Assembly: GCA_051546255.1 (NCBI GenBank)
Contig: CP128818.1
Span: 62,001 to 126,000 of the forward strand
From: Meyerozyma guilliermondii
Taxonomy: Eukaryota
Reading direction: 5' to 3'
DNA length: 64,000 bases
Below are positions 52,168 through 62,200 of this stretch, piece after piece. Under the pieces are notes generated by a model. The model was not told the DNA's origin. It saw only the letters and a program-made list of their open reading frames with translations, and made no database searches. Every line of letters starts with the position of its first letter. Within the stretch, counting starts at the first letter, position 1. A program made the position numbers and the translations under genes.

Positions 52168-54945
52168 CTACAGTCTACCACGTCTTTCTTCGAAAAATCT
52201 ACTGGATTCCAATTTATCGAGAATTTCGGCCACCCTGAGTCCAAATGACTCTTCATATGCTTCCACTGCATCAGTTGCACCCAGAGTTCTTTCGTCAAGT
52301 TCTTGCAACTTTTTGTATAATTGACGATCAAGCTCGGCAGTGGCATCGTCTGCACTCACATTTTCGACTTCTTGCATCAAATTAAAGTCGTTAAGATCAT
52401 CCTGGTCTAAACCAAAGTCGTTGGCTTGGCCTTCACCAAAGATATTTTCGTTGTTCTTTTCCCACATATCATTCAACTTATCTTGGTCACTGGCATTACT
52501 GAATTTGAGCTCACTCTTTTTCTGGAGATACTCTTTGTAAAGTTTGCGCTTCTCCACTGTTCGTTCCACAATCGAGTCAATTTGCAATTGAAGCTTCTCC
52601 TCGCTGACAGGTTCGCTTGCCTGAAGATTCAGCATGTCAATGTTGACCAAAGAGTGATCCACAAACTTGATTCTTAACGCAGTAAGGAACTTCTCGATCC
52701 ATTGAGCAAGCCCTCTAAACACATGCTCGTCATCATTGATATACAAGTTGTGAACAACACCGTAAAAAAAGTTCTCATGCTTATCCAATACTGCAAGAAG
52801 TCGGTTAAAAATCTCCATCGAACTCATAAAGTATATTCCTCCGTTACTCAACTCGGTAAGCACATCCAAGTTTTCGTCCACAAACTTCTCCCACTGCCGG
52901 AACATCACATGTACATCTGCCTTGCCCAAAACTCGAACAAATGGTGAATAGAAAATAGTCACAAACTTTTTGATTAACTGGGTCATCTCTGGTTCCCGCC
53001 AGAGCTCTTTCATTATGTCTTTATCCTTTCTCCGCAACTGGATCAACCAGTATTGTTTGATCTTCAAATACAACTTTGCTTCCTCAATATTAGTGTTTCC
53101 TGATATCTTGGCGAAATGCCAGTATGAATCACTTATATGGTCATAGATCTCTTTATGCGACAGTTGAAGCTTTGGTCCAATTCTATCTGTATGCAAAATT
53201 GTGAGTAAAAGGTCTTCATCTTGCTGAACACTTTCTTCCTTAATCTTATCGATTTTATCGCTATCAGCCATGACATAATTATCGACTCGAGACAACAATA
53301 TATGATATTCCTTGGGAACAGACTTTCTCAATTCTTCAACTTCTGCCAAAAAGTCGTTCAAGTCTTCGTCCAACAACATGACGAACATAAGCGAGAGAAG
53401 GTTCTTTGCTCCAGTGGACTTGGAAGCTTCCGTTAAGTCCTTTTTCCCACTGAACGGCATCGACAAGGATAACGATGGAATGTTGATAAGCAAAAGGTCA
53501 ATAATTCGTGCCATCATCTTCATAGGATTGGTGAATCGAAGAATACCGTAGACGATACTATAGGGAAACATTGCATGGAATTTTCTGCATTTAGCGAGCC
53601 ATTCGCTAGCATTGTCCAGACTTAAAAAGATTTGGTAATTGAGGGCAGCCAACTCAAGTTTGCACCATCTAACGAATGTGAAAGTCATGGGCGATAAATC
53701 TTCAACTTTCTCAACAGAACCGAATTCTTCAAAAAGCTTGGTGAGAGTGTTGGGTGTCATGATGAGTTGCTGCTTGAACAGTTCAAACTTGGCTTGAAAC
53801 TCACCCATAACTTTGGCTGATTGTCTTTGGAATTCTAGCTGGGTGTTGAACATGTTGGTTTCGTTTTGGCATCTGATCTTGTAGTCCCGCTCCATGGGAG
53901 GATCAAGTGTAGGAAACGAATTGGACGATATGAAGGCACGAAACTCGCTGGAATGGACAATTTCTGGGTAGTTTATGAGTCTCATCATGTAGCCTCTTAA
54001 AGCAAGACGAAGTTTCTCGCGGAAAAGAACTATATCAGGTAGTCCATGGGCGTCAATTTCTTTAATTTGTTTGACGGGAACACCATCGTCGTGCTGTAAC
54101 TTTCTAGGAAGTTCTGGAAATTCGGTTGAAATCAAGCCAGGATAATTTTTGCGTAAGGATTTCATCAACGTCTTAAAGTCATGGTATGGATGTGCAACAA
54201 AATGGCACTTGTACCCAGAGCCTTGTCTGTGCACTATTTGTAAAATAAACTCAAAGTGGTGCCTCGGAGCATTATTGAAATACGAAGTCACATTGAAGCG
54301 ACTCTTCTGGTTGGTGGTAGCAAGTTCTCTGACAGCAATTACGTTGACCGACAAGTCATTGAAATAAGTCAACTTTTCGTAGTCGTGCAACTTTGTCGCC
54401 AGGGAATCTGCTCGTAACTCTTTAACATTAAACTTTTTCGGCTTTTCCAACTTTTGAAGACGAGAAGTAGTTCCCGATTTTTCATGGGTAGAGGTGAGAT
54501 ATTTCATATCGTTCTCCGATGTCAAAACTGAATTGAAGAACAAAACAAGCCCGGATAACAACTTTTTATTCACCTGGCGTCTCTTGGTGACATTTTCTGC
54601 CCTTTCGCCAGAATCTGATAACTGCTTCAGATTCAAACTCTCCACGAACGGCTGCACAGTATCCTGCCAAAATGCACGCTGTTCTTCCAGAGAACACATC
54701 ATAATAAACGGAAACGTCTTGACATAGTTCTGGAAGAAGAATCGAAGCATGGGCACCGGATTGGTATTTTTTTGATCATTATTGACTCGAAACGGTGGCC
54801 CCAAATATCCACAGCAATCTCGTTTAGACATGTATCGGAGTTCTTCTGCTAGCCGATGCTCCACGAGGTACTTTTTGAAGAAGTGCTCTTGGGTAGCATT
54901 GAGCTTGGGCACTTTCGGAGCTTCATTGCTCGCATTGAATGCCAT
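52168..54945 (-). CDS. PX-domain protein, YPR097W/Lec1-like (PXB-PX-PXC)
   Basis: L..TQEHFFKKYL, LGPPF, F..TFPF, FWQD.VQPF, REKLRLALRGY, H.MFPY....GILRFTNPM. Confidence 0.82.
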   Translation of the reverse strand: MAFNASNEAPKVPKLNATQEHFFKKYLVEHRLAEELRYMSKRDCCGYLGPPFRVNNDQKNTNPVPMLRFFFQNYVKTFPFIMMCSLEEQRAFWQDTVQPFVESLNLKQLSDSGERAENVTKRRQVNKKLLSGLVLFFNSVLTSENDMKYLTSTHEKSGTTSRLQKLEKPKKFNVKELRADSLATKLHDYEKLTYFNDLSVNVIAVRELATTNQKSRFNVTSYFNNAPRHHFEFILQIVHRQGSGYKCHFVAHPYHDFKTLMKSLRKNYPGLISTEFPELPRKLQHDDGVPVKQIKEIDAHGLPDIVLFREKLRLALRGYMMRLINYPEIVHSSEFRAFISSNSFPTLDPPMERDYKIRCQNETNMFNTQLEFQRQSAKVMGEFQAKFELFKQQLIMTPNTLTKLFEEFGSVEKVEDLSPMTFTFVRWCKLELAALNYQIFLSLDNASEWLAKCRKFHAMFPYSIVYGILRFTNPMKMMARIIDLLLINIPSLSLSMPFSGKKDLTEASKSTGAKNLLSLMFVMLLDEDLNDFLAEVEELRKSVPKEYHILLSRVDNYVMADSDKIDKIKEESVQQDEDLLLTILHTDRIGPKLQLSHKEIYDHISDSYWHFAKISGNTNIEEAKLYLKIKQYWLIQLRRKDKDIMKELWREPEMTQLIKKFVTIFYSPFVRVLGKADVHVMFRQWEKFVDENLDVLTELSNGGIYFMSSMEIFNRLLAVLDKHENFFYGVVHNLYINDDEHVFRGLAQWIEKFLTALRIKFVDHSLVNIDMLNLQASEPVSEEKLQLQIDSIVERTVEKRKLYKEYLQKKSELKFSNASDQDKLNDMWEKNNENIFGEGQANDFGLDQDDLNDFNLMQEVENVSADDATAELDRQLYKKLQELDERTLGATDAVEAYEESFGLRVAEILDKLESSRFFEERRGRL

Positions 54946-55106
54946 ATCTAACGTTAGCCACGATCAGCAATGCTCTGTGTGGGGGAGGCTTGCCGGTGCA
55001 TTGGATGATCTTGTGGTTTCGTGGTGTTCGGATGTCATCTCAGGCTCATCGGGGCTCGCAAAAAATCAAAAGTTTAGTATTATCTTCTCGCTGGCGGTTA
55101 GTGAGA

Positions 55107-57001
55107 ATGGGTACACAAAAGAAGGAAAAGCAAAGACGGGTCCGCGAGGGAGATACTCGTGATGGCAACTTGCGCGTCAAAGGAGAAAACTTCTACAAAG
55201 ATGCCAAAAAAGTCAAACTTCTTCTGATGTATAAAACGGGAAGGGCTAAGCGTAACGCCAGAGGAGAAATTGTGCAAGCTGCTGCGTTGCAGAGCACTGA
55301 TGCGCCTATTGCTCGAGTAGATCCGAATCGTAAGTGGTTTGGAAACACAAGGGTCATTGGTCAGGATGCTCTTACTCATTTTAGAGAGGCGATGGGTGAC
55401 AAAAAACACAACTCCTATCAGGTTTTATTAAGGAGGAACAAACTTCCCATGTCTCTTTTGGATGAGAAGGATCAAACAGAGTCTCCTACTGCCAACATAG
55501 TAGAAACCGAGTCATATGCTCTGGCATTTGGTCCCAAACAACAGCGTAAGAAACCAAGAACCATGGCAGTTTCCAATTTGGAAGAATTGGCTGAAGTCAC
55601 TCAATCCGATGAAAAAGTGTACCAAGAGAAACAAGAGTTGGATGCCACCTTAGGACTCATGGGTGGATCCTTCCTCGATAAAGATGACTTTACTCAAGAG
55701 GCCAAAGAAGCCATTTTCAACAAGGGTCAATCCAAGAGAATCTGGAACGAGCTCTATAAAGTTATAGATTCGTCAGATGTGGTCATCCATGTTTTGGATG
55801 CCAGAGATCCCCTCGGAACCCGGTGTGAGTCCGTGGAAAAGTATATCAAACTGGAATGTTCTCACAAGCATTTGATCTATGTGCTCAACAAGTGTGATTT
55901 AGTTCCTACGTGGGTTGCGGTAAGTCTTTTTTTTCAATTTTTTTCTTTCATTTTCTAAATCCCAAAGACCTTGTCAGGGTGATCTTCACTTTCCCACAAG
56001 CTTGCCTGTTACGTCCTTGGAACATCAATACTCCTCGCCTGTGTCCACCTCGGTGGTTGGTTTCCGTTCTGGAGACCATTTGCACTCTGATTGGTAGTTT
56101 TTATCGATCTCTTAGAGGAGTCTTGGCATCATCTGAGTTGAACCATTTTCCTAGCCGTGGAATGGTTCGTAGTATTGAAGCCAACATCTTTTTCCTCTTG
56201 ATACGCACTTTTTGCAATTACTAACTTCAGGCCGCATGGGTGAAACATTTATCCAAATCATACCCAACGTTAGCATTTCATGCCTCCATCACCAATTCGT
56301 TTGGTAAAGGATCTTTAATTCAACTTTTACGTCAATTTTCAACTTTGCATTCGGACAGGAAACAAATCTCGGTTGGTTTTATCGGATACCCCAACACAGG
56401 TAAATCTTCCATTATCAACACTTTGCGTCGAAAGAAGGTGTGCACGGTAGCTCCTATTCCAGGAGAGACCAAGGTGTGGCAGTACATCACTTTGATGAAG
56501 AAGATTTTTTTAATTGACTGTCCAGGAATTGTACCTCCATCTCTGAAAGACTCCGAATCAGACATTCTCTTCAGAGGTGTGGTTAGAGTCGAGCATGTTT
56601 CAAACCCCGAACAGTACATTGGAGATATGTTACAAAAGTGTGAACGGAAACATTTGGAAAGAACATACGAGATCAAAGGATGGTCCAGGTTTGAAGATGA
56701 TAAGAGTTTGGTTGAAAAAGCCAGTATAGAGTTCATCGAGTTACTTGCAAGAAAGCTCGGCAGATTACTCAAAGGAGGAGAACCAGACGAGAGTGGAGTT
56801 GCAAAACAGGTTCTTAACGATTTCAACAGAGGTAAAATTCCTTGGTTTGTACCTCCACCAAAGGATGAAGAAACGAGGACTGGAGAGGATAAGAAAGCCG
56901 ATTATAAGAAGAAGAGAGCAGAGCGAGAGGCGTCCAAAATTGCTGCTGCTACCGACGAGGTTGCTGCAGAAGATGACGAATGGCAAGGCATTGAAGAATA
57001 G
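55107..57001 (+). CDS. NOG2: Nucleolar GTPase Nog2 (exon 1 55107-55919, exon 2 56231-57001)
   Basis: MGT.KKEK.RR...[43 protein letters not shown]; the splice joins PTWVA-AAWVK. Confidence 0.96.
55920..56230 (+). other. Spliceosomal intron (311 nt) in NOG2
   Basis: GTAAGT at 55920, TACTAAC at 56219-56225, CAG ending at 56230. Confidence 0.93.
55955..56189 (+). ncRNA. snR191: Intronic H/ACA snoRNA, snR191-like (25S pseudouridines 2258/2260-equivalent)
   Basis: Blocks TTGTCAGGGTG, TGTTACGTCCTTGG and CTGAGTTGAACC...GGTTCGTAGTA match snR191 as recalled; ACA at 56184-56186 plus 3 nt; S. cerevisiae snR191 lies in the NOG2 intron. The 5' end is approximate. Confidence 0.82.
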
Positions 57002-57185
57002 ACGATCAGTTTACGATACGACAATATACGGTTATCATTATGTGCATTGATGAAATATAAATCATGGTACATAAAGTCTAATTTACACGGATCAATCAGT
57101 GGACTGATTATTTAGAGAGGACGGCCATAATGGACCACTCCACTCTTCACATAGTTTCCCGGAGTTGAAGGCGTTGGCATATTGA

Positions 57186-57229
57186 GAGACCCATTAAGTT
57201 GTAAATCGAGACCCATTAAGTTGTAAATC
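57186..57229. repeat. Perfect 22-nt tandem duplication overlapping the POP2 stop codon
   Basis: GAGACCCATTAAGTTGTAAATC at 57186-57207 and 57208-57229. Confidence 0.92.
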
Positions 57230-58463
57230 GCTAAACTCGGTATCTGCAGATGAGGGATTGTGGACTGTACCAAGACCCCAAATCATTCCTTTAAATCGGT
57301 CTAAACTGGTCGCATCAAAGCCAGATCTTCTCAAGATTTCCTTGAAGCATTCCATAGATAAAAACGCTTGCAAAGATGATGACATCTGTTGATTCTGCTG
57401 TGCTGAGTATGGTGTCTGGGAAGCCGACGCAAAGTATTGTCTCACTAATGGAGAGATAGGCCACAAGTGAAGTTCTTCAGCCAAAAACTCAATTGAAGGT
57501 TTGTTCTTGGAGCCATTCTTTTCGTTGGAGTTGTCGGCCAAGTTTCCATTAATAGACTTTGTATTTATGTTGGAGCCAATAAACTTCAAATCGTAGAATT
57601 TGGGAAAGTATTTGGAGCACCACCAAAAGAAGTCTTTCTCGTCAACGGGAAGCATATCGTTGGACAACAAGCTGACCAAATAGCCCAAGTCATAACCGGC
57701 GTGGTAGCTGATCCAATTAACCGATGTGTCCAAAAGCAATCCCGATTCAATCATCAACTCTGCGAAAGAAAAATGAGGAATACCCTGTGTCATGTGCATT
57801 TGGAGGTTAACCAGCGACCCCTGGGCGAGCATCGACAAATGCTCCTCGTTGTACATTTCCTTGGAAAGGTCGTAGGCAAAGTTGAACTGCCAAATCACCG
57901 ATGTAGTGAACTCATGGCCATTGACCTTGGTTACACACAACGACAACTTGATCAAGTTCAACAAGTCCGAGTTGGATCTCAATGTTTGGAAATGGTAATC
58001 GGAAGATGACTTGAAAGTACCTATAGGTCTTGCAACGATACCTGGTATTTCTTGATGCATGGCAATATAGACAGTGGAAGACTTGTCGTTGGTGAACGAA
58101 CGAAGCAACAGAAACTCATGTTCCAAGTTACTAGCCCAAACCTCCTTGATCAACGGCATCTGAGGTTGCTGGGGCTGGGGCTGAGACTGGATCTGAGACT
58201 GGAGCATATTCATGGTTTGAGACGGCGGAAGATTCTGAACATTCTGCATCGATTGTAGAGATTGCATGGGCAAAGACAGAAGATTGGGAAGATTGGGAAG
58301 ACTAGAGGTGCCGCCCATACTCTGCTGTGTTTGCTGGCCTTGGTTCTGGCCCTGATGACCATTAATAGCAGCCAAAAGTGGATTGACCTGGCTTGGAGAT
58401 GGATTCCCGATCAGGTTTCCAATCAGGTTTCCAATCAGGTTACCCAACTGGTGTGGAACATGT

Positions 58464-58495
<32 letters not shown>

Positions 58496-58630
58496 GATGT
58501 GCTGGCTAAAAAGCTGTTGTCTCTGTTGTTGGAGCTGCTGTTGTTGCTGGAGCTGAAGCTGGGCCATCTGGGGCGACAGACCAAACTGCTCAAGCAGTTG
58601 TAGATATTGAAGATGCGGGTTCACGCTCAT
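57194..58630 (-). CDS. POP2: CCR4-NOT deadenylase subunit Pop2/Caf1
   Basis: Q-rich N-terminus; IKEVW..NL, PG.VARPIG.F.SSSDYHFQTLRSN.DLL, WQFNF, WISYH.GYDLGYL, FYDLK. Confidence 0.92.
58405..58560 (-). repeat. Coding polyQ (CAA/CAG) tracts and a 12-nt NLIG repeat in the POP2 N-terminus
   Basis: tgttgttgttgttgctgctgctg and tandem caatcaggtttc. Confidence 0.8.
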
Positions 58631-59229
58631 GGAATATTATATGTTGTGGGGCCAAGAATCGCCTTCAGGCGTTTGTCTAGCTCGATCTTTGACGTATGAT
58701 ATGGTCGTCACTGCAAGTAGGTGATGTCAACCCCGAACAGTTTTTGCGGTACGGTGCAGGAGGTGTGCAGATAGACCGCGAACAAGCTGCTTATGTAATG
58801 AACGCTGATTGTGAGATAAGCGAACAGATTTAACGACTGCAATCAAAGCTTAAGGATTGGTTGATTCATGCTACTTCTGCCTTTGTAATGCAGACTGACT
58901 ATTCCTGCTTTCGTTCGGACACATTTCCTGATTGAGAGCCGCCGCACATAAACGTTCATATTACACAGCGCGCATAGAAAATATATACTGGTTGTGCCGA
59001 CGGACCGACTTCAGAATGCTGCTATGTAACTCGGGGCTGATCACAGTAAACTTTTGAGAAGCTATTGTCTACATCTCGAGATTCCAGTCTGAAGCAGACA
59101 ATTGGTTAGTATCAAATACACTTAAGGAACCCGCGACCAATTACCCCATTGGGCGTATCAAAAATTATCGGTGTGGCACCATGCAAGGTTCGGCGCTTCA
59201 ATTCAGCCGAATATTATATGGAGCTTTAT

Positions 59230-59340
59230 TTCGCAAACTGACAAAACATCAAGTTGACACATTTCTGAAACATCTATGACACACATCTGACACATTTTTG
59301 ACACAAATCTGAAACATCAAACTACCAAATCTGAAACATA
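59230..59340. repeat. Degenerate ~10-12 nt repeats (TGACACAT / CTGAAACAT) upstream of the gag-like ORF
   Basis: ttgacacatttctgaaacatctatgacacacatctgacacatttttgacacaaatctgaaacatc. Confidence 0.6.
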
Positions 59341-59389
59341 TAATCAGCATCATTTTCAATATCGTTAGCATAATTTCATCTCAGTCATA

Positions 59390-61402
59390 ATGGGTGGTCA
59401 ACAAATCATGAGCCTCTTTGCCGATGTCACTTTCGATGTCCAACTCGAAAGCGCCGTACAATTCAGCGACTGGATAACAACAATCGAGACAGTTCTTCAG
59501 CAAGATTTGGGGATATGGTCCTACTATAAAGATCAACTAAACAATTTTGATCCATATACGATGCTTACCGCTACTGGAAAATATGAAACTTTACAGCAGT
59601 ATGATCTCACAATTCACTTTCTTTTAACTAAGTCAACTACTCCTGCGATTCGGGCTCAAGCATCCAGACATGCGCCAGCAGCGGGAAAGCCACAACTCAA
59701 GTATCTCAAGGATTACTTTTCAAATCTTCCGGAGACATCGCTTGTGGAACCAATGAGGGACTTTCTCACTTATATGGATCCCGACCGTGATTTTACTCCA
59801 ATGCAAAGATATAACAAATTGCGCACTTTCCAGTACCTCAATTTAAGTGAAAGAGAGAAAGCTCGTTTCTTGTTATTTGCCACAAATAACCCTATAGCGC
59901 TCCAGGCGGAATTGCATATTCGCTCGCAAACCGATTACCAGTTTACGGATCTTGAATGCGTGGTAAATGAGCTCAATGCTGCATACGTACCTCCAGTGAA
60001 AACCATTAAAGTGGAAGATAATGTCTCATATGTCAATTCTACTTCAGACGTTCCTCAGAGAAGCAATTCCCCAAACCACAATGTTTCAGATCAAAGAAGC
60101 AATACTACACAAGACATCAACGTTCCAGTGGTTCCAGTCGTTCCTCAAAGAAGCCATTCTCCAAGTTACAATGTTTCAGAGGCTCCTCAAAGAAACAGTA
60201 CCCCACAAGATAACAATGTTCAGAACGTTCCTCAGAGAAGCAACTCCCCAAATAACAACAATGTTCAAAACGTTCCTCAAACAAGCAATACCTCACAGGA
60301 CAACAATGTACCGGACGTTCCTCAAAGAAACAATTCTCCACAAGACAACAATGTTCCAGTCACTCCTCAGAGAAGCAATTCCCCAAATCACATTGTTTCA
60401 GAGGTTCCTCAAAGAATCAATTCGCCAATCAACAGCAATGTTCTGGACGCTCCTCAAAGCAGCAGTACCTCAAATGACAACAACGTTCCAGACATTCCTC
60501 AGACTAGCAATTCTTTAAAGGAGAACAATTCTTCAGACCTTCCACAGAAAAGCATTCTAAAGAATAACAATTCTTCAAACATACAATCAGAAGAAACAAG
60601 TGTTTCAAAGAAAAATACTTCAGAAATACCTCCAGAGCGACCCAGATTTCCAAGAAATGGTAGCTCTTTAGAGAGAAGTTTGACGGTTAAATATCCTTCA
60701 CACCCACCACCAGAAAGAGCCAATGTCAAAAGACGCAAAGTATCACCCAAGTGTAACTATTGCGACAAGTACAGTCACCTGACTCAACAGTGCTATAAAA
60801 AACCCAAATCATGGCTGCAAATTCAAGAAGAATATGATCATTATTCAGCAGAGGAAGGACACTCATCGGAAGAAAAGAAAGTCTCTTCCAAGAAATCAAA
60901 AAAGTGTACCAGATGCAAAAAACCTGGTAATCTGGCTGAAGTATGCCGGGCCAAGAACCCGGTACCTAACTCCATTCAGTCACCGCAAGAGACTCAAAAG
61001 GGTAAACTTTCGGTAAGAATACCCTCATCGAAAGAGTTTACTTATGCTCCCAAAAATCAAAACGTACCCAAGTGTACCATCTGCAAGAAACGTGGACATC
61101 TTTATGAAGAATGTTGGTTCAAGAGACCTAAGAAAATACCTGCTGGCAGTAGACCACGGGGTCTAACACAAGATGCCATTCATGTAAATTCACCCACTTC
61201 AAAAGAAGTTTCCTTTTTGGATAGAGAAAACCAACCCCAAGAGGAGGACATTTTGTCCAACTTACTGGGCAACTGGTCTTTTGACACTACGGGCACTGTG
61301 AACGAACTCTTTGTTCGCGACGAAAGTAGTAATAATCCCGTAGAATTCAGAACTACCGCTGGTCGTGAACGAAGTGGAGATCTCTCTACCAGGCTCGGAT
61401 AA
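59390..61402 (+). CDS. Ty1/copia Gag-derived protein with internal tandem repeats and three CCHC-type zinc knuckles
   Basis: Gag-like N-terminus (F.DW...IE.VL...IW.Y); knuckles at 60752-60793, 60905-60946 (H replaced by N) and 61073-61114; a protease-like WSFDTTG remnant near 61274; intact 670-codon ORF. Confidence 0.78.
   Translation: MGGQQIMSLFADVTFDVQLESAVQFSDWITTIETVLQQDLGIWSYYKDQLNNFDPYTMLTATGKYETLQQYDLTIHFLLTKSTTPAIRAQASRHAPAAGKPQLKYLKDYFSNLPETSLVEPMRDFLTYMDPDRDFTPMQRYNKLRTFQYLNLSEREKARFLLFATNNPIALQAELHIRSQTDYQFTDLECVVNELNAAYVPPVKTIKVEDNVSYVNSTSDVPQRSNSPNHNVSDQRSNTTQDINVPVVPVVPQRSHSPSYNVSEAPQRNSTPQDNNVQNVPQRSNSPNNNNVQNVPQTSNTSQDNNVPDVPQRNNSPQDNNVPVTPQRSNSPNHIVSEVPQRINSPINSNVLDAPQSSSTSNDNNVPDIPQTSNSLKENNSSDLPQKSILKNNNSSNIQSEETSVSKKNTSEIPPERPRFPRNGSSLERSLTVKYPSHPPPERANVKRRKVSPKCNYCDKYSHLTQQCYKKPKSWLQIQEEYDHYSAEEGHSSEEKKVSSKKSKKCTRCKKPGNLAEVCRAKNPVPNSIQSPQETQKGKLSVRIPSSKEFTYAPKNQNVPKCTICKKRGHLYEECWFKRPKKIPAGSRPRGLTQDAIHVNSPTSKEVSFLDRENQPQEEDILSNLLGNWSFDTTGTVNELFVRDESSNNPVEFRTTAGRERSGDLSTRLG
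60045..60570 (+). repeat. In-frame ~42-45 nt coding tandem repeat (VPQRSNSP.NNNV), about 11-12 copies
   Basis: Recurrent GTTCCTCA(G/A)AGAAGCAA units. Confidence 0.9.
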
Positions 61403-61559
61403 AATGAAATCTCTATAAACTTGAAAAGGTAAACTACAGAGTGATAGATCAAAGGGGCTATATAATCCCACTAATGATCAGCCTAAAAGGCATTACCTCT
61501 GATAAGTAGAACGTGGAAGAAAGCTCAAAAGGCATGAGTAAGACCCACAATTGATTTTC

Positions 61560-62030
61560 AACAAATCTTACGAATCTGTCCTCGGATTCAGTCAAGTCGA
61601 TACAAGCTTATTCTTGTGACTCAAAGTATTGTATTTGAATATCAAATACAACTTTCGACCACTTGATAAAAAATATGAGATAGGAGACTATGAGAGAAGG
61701 GAACCATCGAATTTTTGGAGCCCACAGTCAGCAAAAGTAAGAAACATGTTGCTCTTTCCACTACTCAAATTGAGTATATCACTTTGAAAAACTCAACAAT
61801 GCACTTGACAGCTCTTGACAGGCCATATGTATGAAGACAGCAGCTGTTGTATCATGGTCAACAGACCTTATGATCACAAACAACTAAACCATTGACATAA
61901 GACACAACTTTATTCGTGACAATATCAAAAGATGTTGAATTATAATCCATTTCTACTAAAGAAGAAGGGCAGACTTTCTTATTAAGGAACTTTCATTTCA
62001 ACATTTTCGTTACTCCGAAGAATTTCGGCA
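61560..62030 (+). mobile_element. Decayed Ty1/copia pol fragments (RT and RNase H) with stops and frameshifts
   Basis: LGFSQVDTSLF at 61581, SKSKKHVALSTTQIEYITL at 61730, MYEDSSCCI at 61827, IDIRHNFIRD at 61891, ISTKEE/ADFLIKEL near 61950-61995; the order matches copia RT-RNase H motifs. Confidence 0.8.
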
Positions 62031-62200
62031 TGAGAAACTTATCATACTTTCTACTGAGTTCCTAGGTAAAACTGGGTGATTTTAGCAAGATTTTCTCCAA
62101 TACACCACACTACCCAGAAGTGTCTGTTCGTAAAAGTTGCATTAGTACCTTGCCAGGTATATTCGTTGATAAGATAGATGTAAGTTATAGATTGCAGAGT

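Noticed and set aside
59089..59111. Minus-strand TACTAAC...CAG as a POP2 5'-UTR intron end
   Set aside because: No convincing 5' splice donor found upstream on that strand
58631..59389. 5' LTR and primer-binding site for the copia relic
   Set aside because: No TG...CA direct repeat matching sequence after 62030 and no clear tRNA-complementary PBS found by eye
60021..60518. 165-aa alternative-frame ORF in the gag-like gene
   Set aside because: Artifact of the stop-free tandem repeat
60045..60570. Repeat array as CRISPR-like
   Set aside because: In-frame coding repeats without unique spacers, in a eukaryotic context with no cas genes
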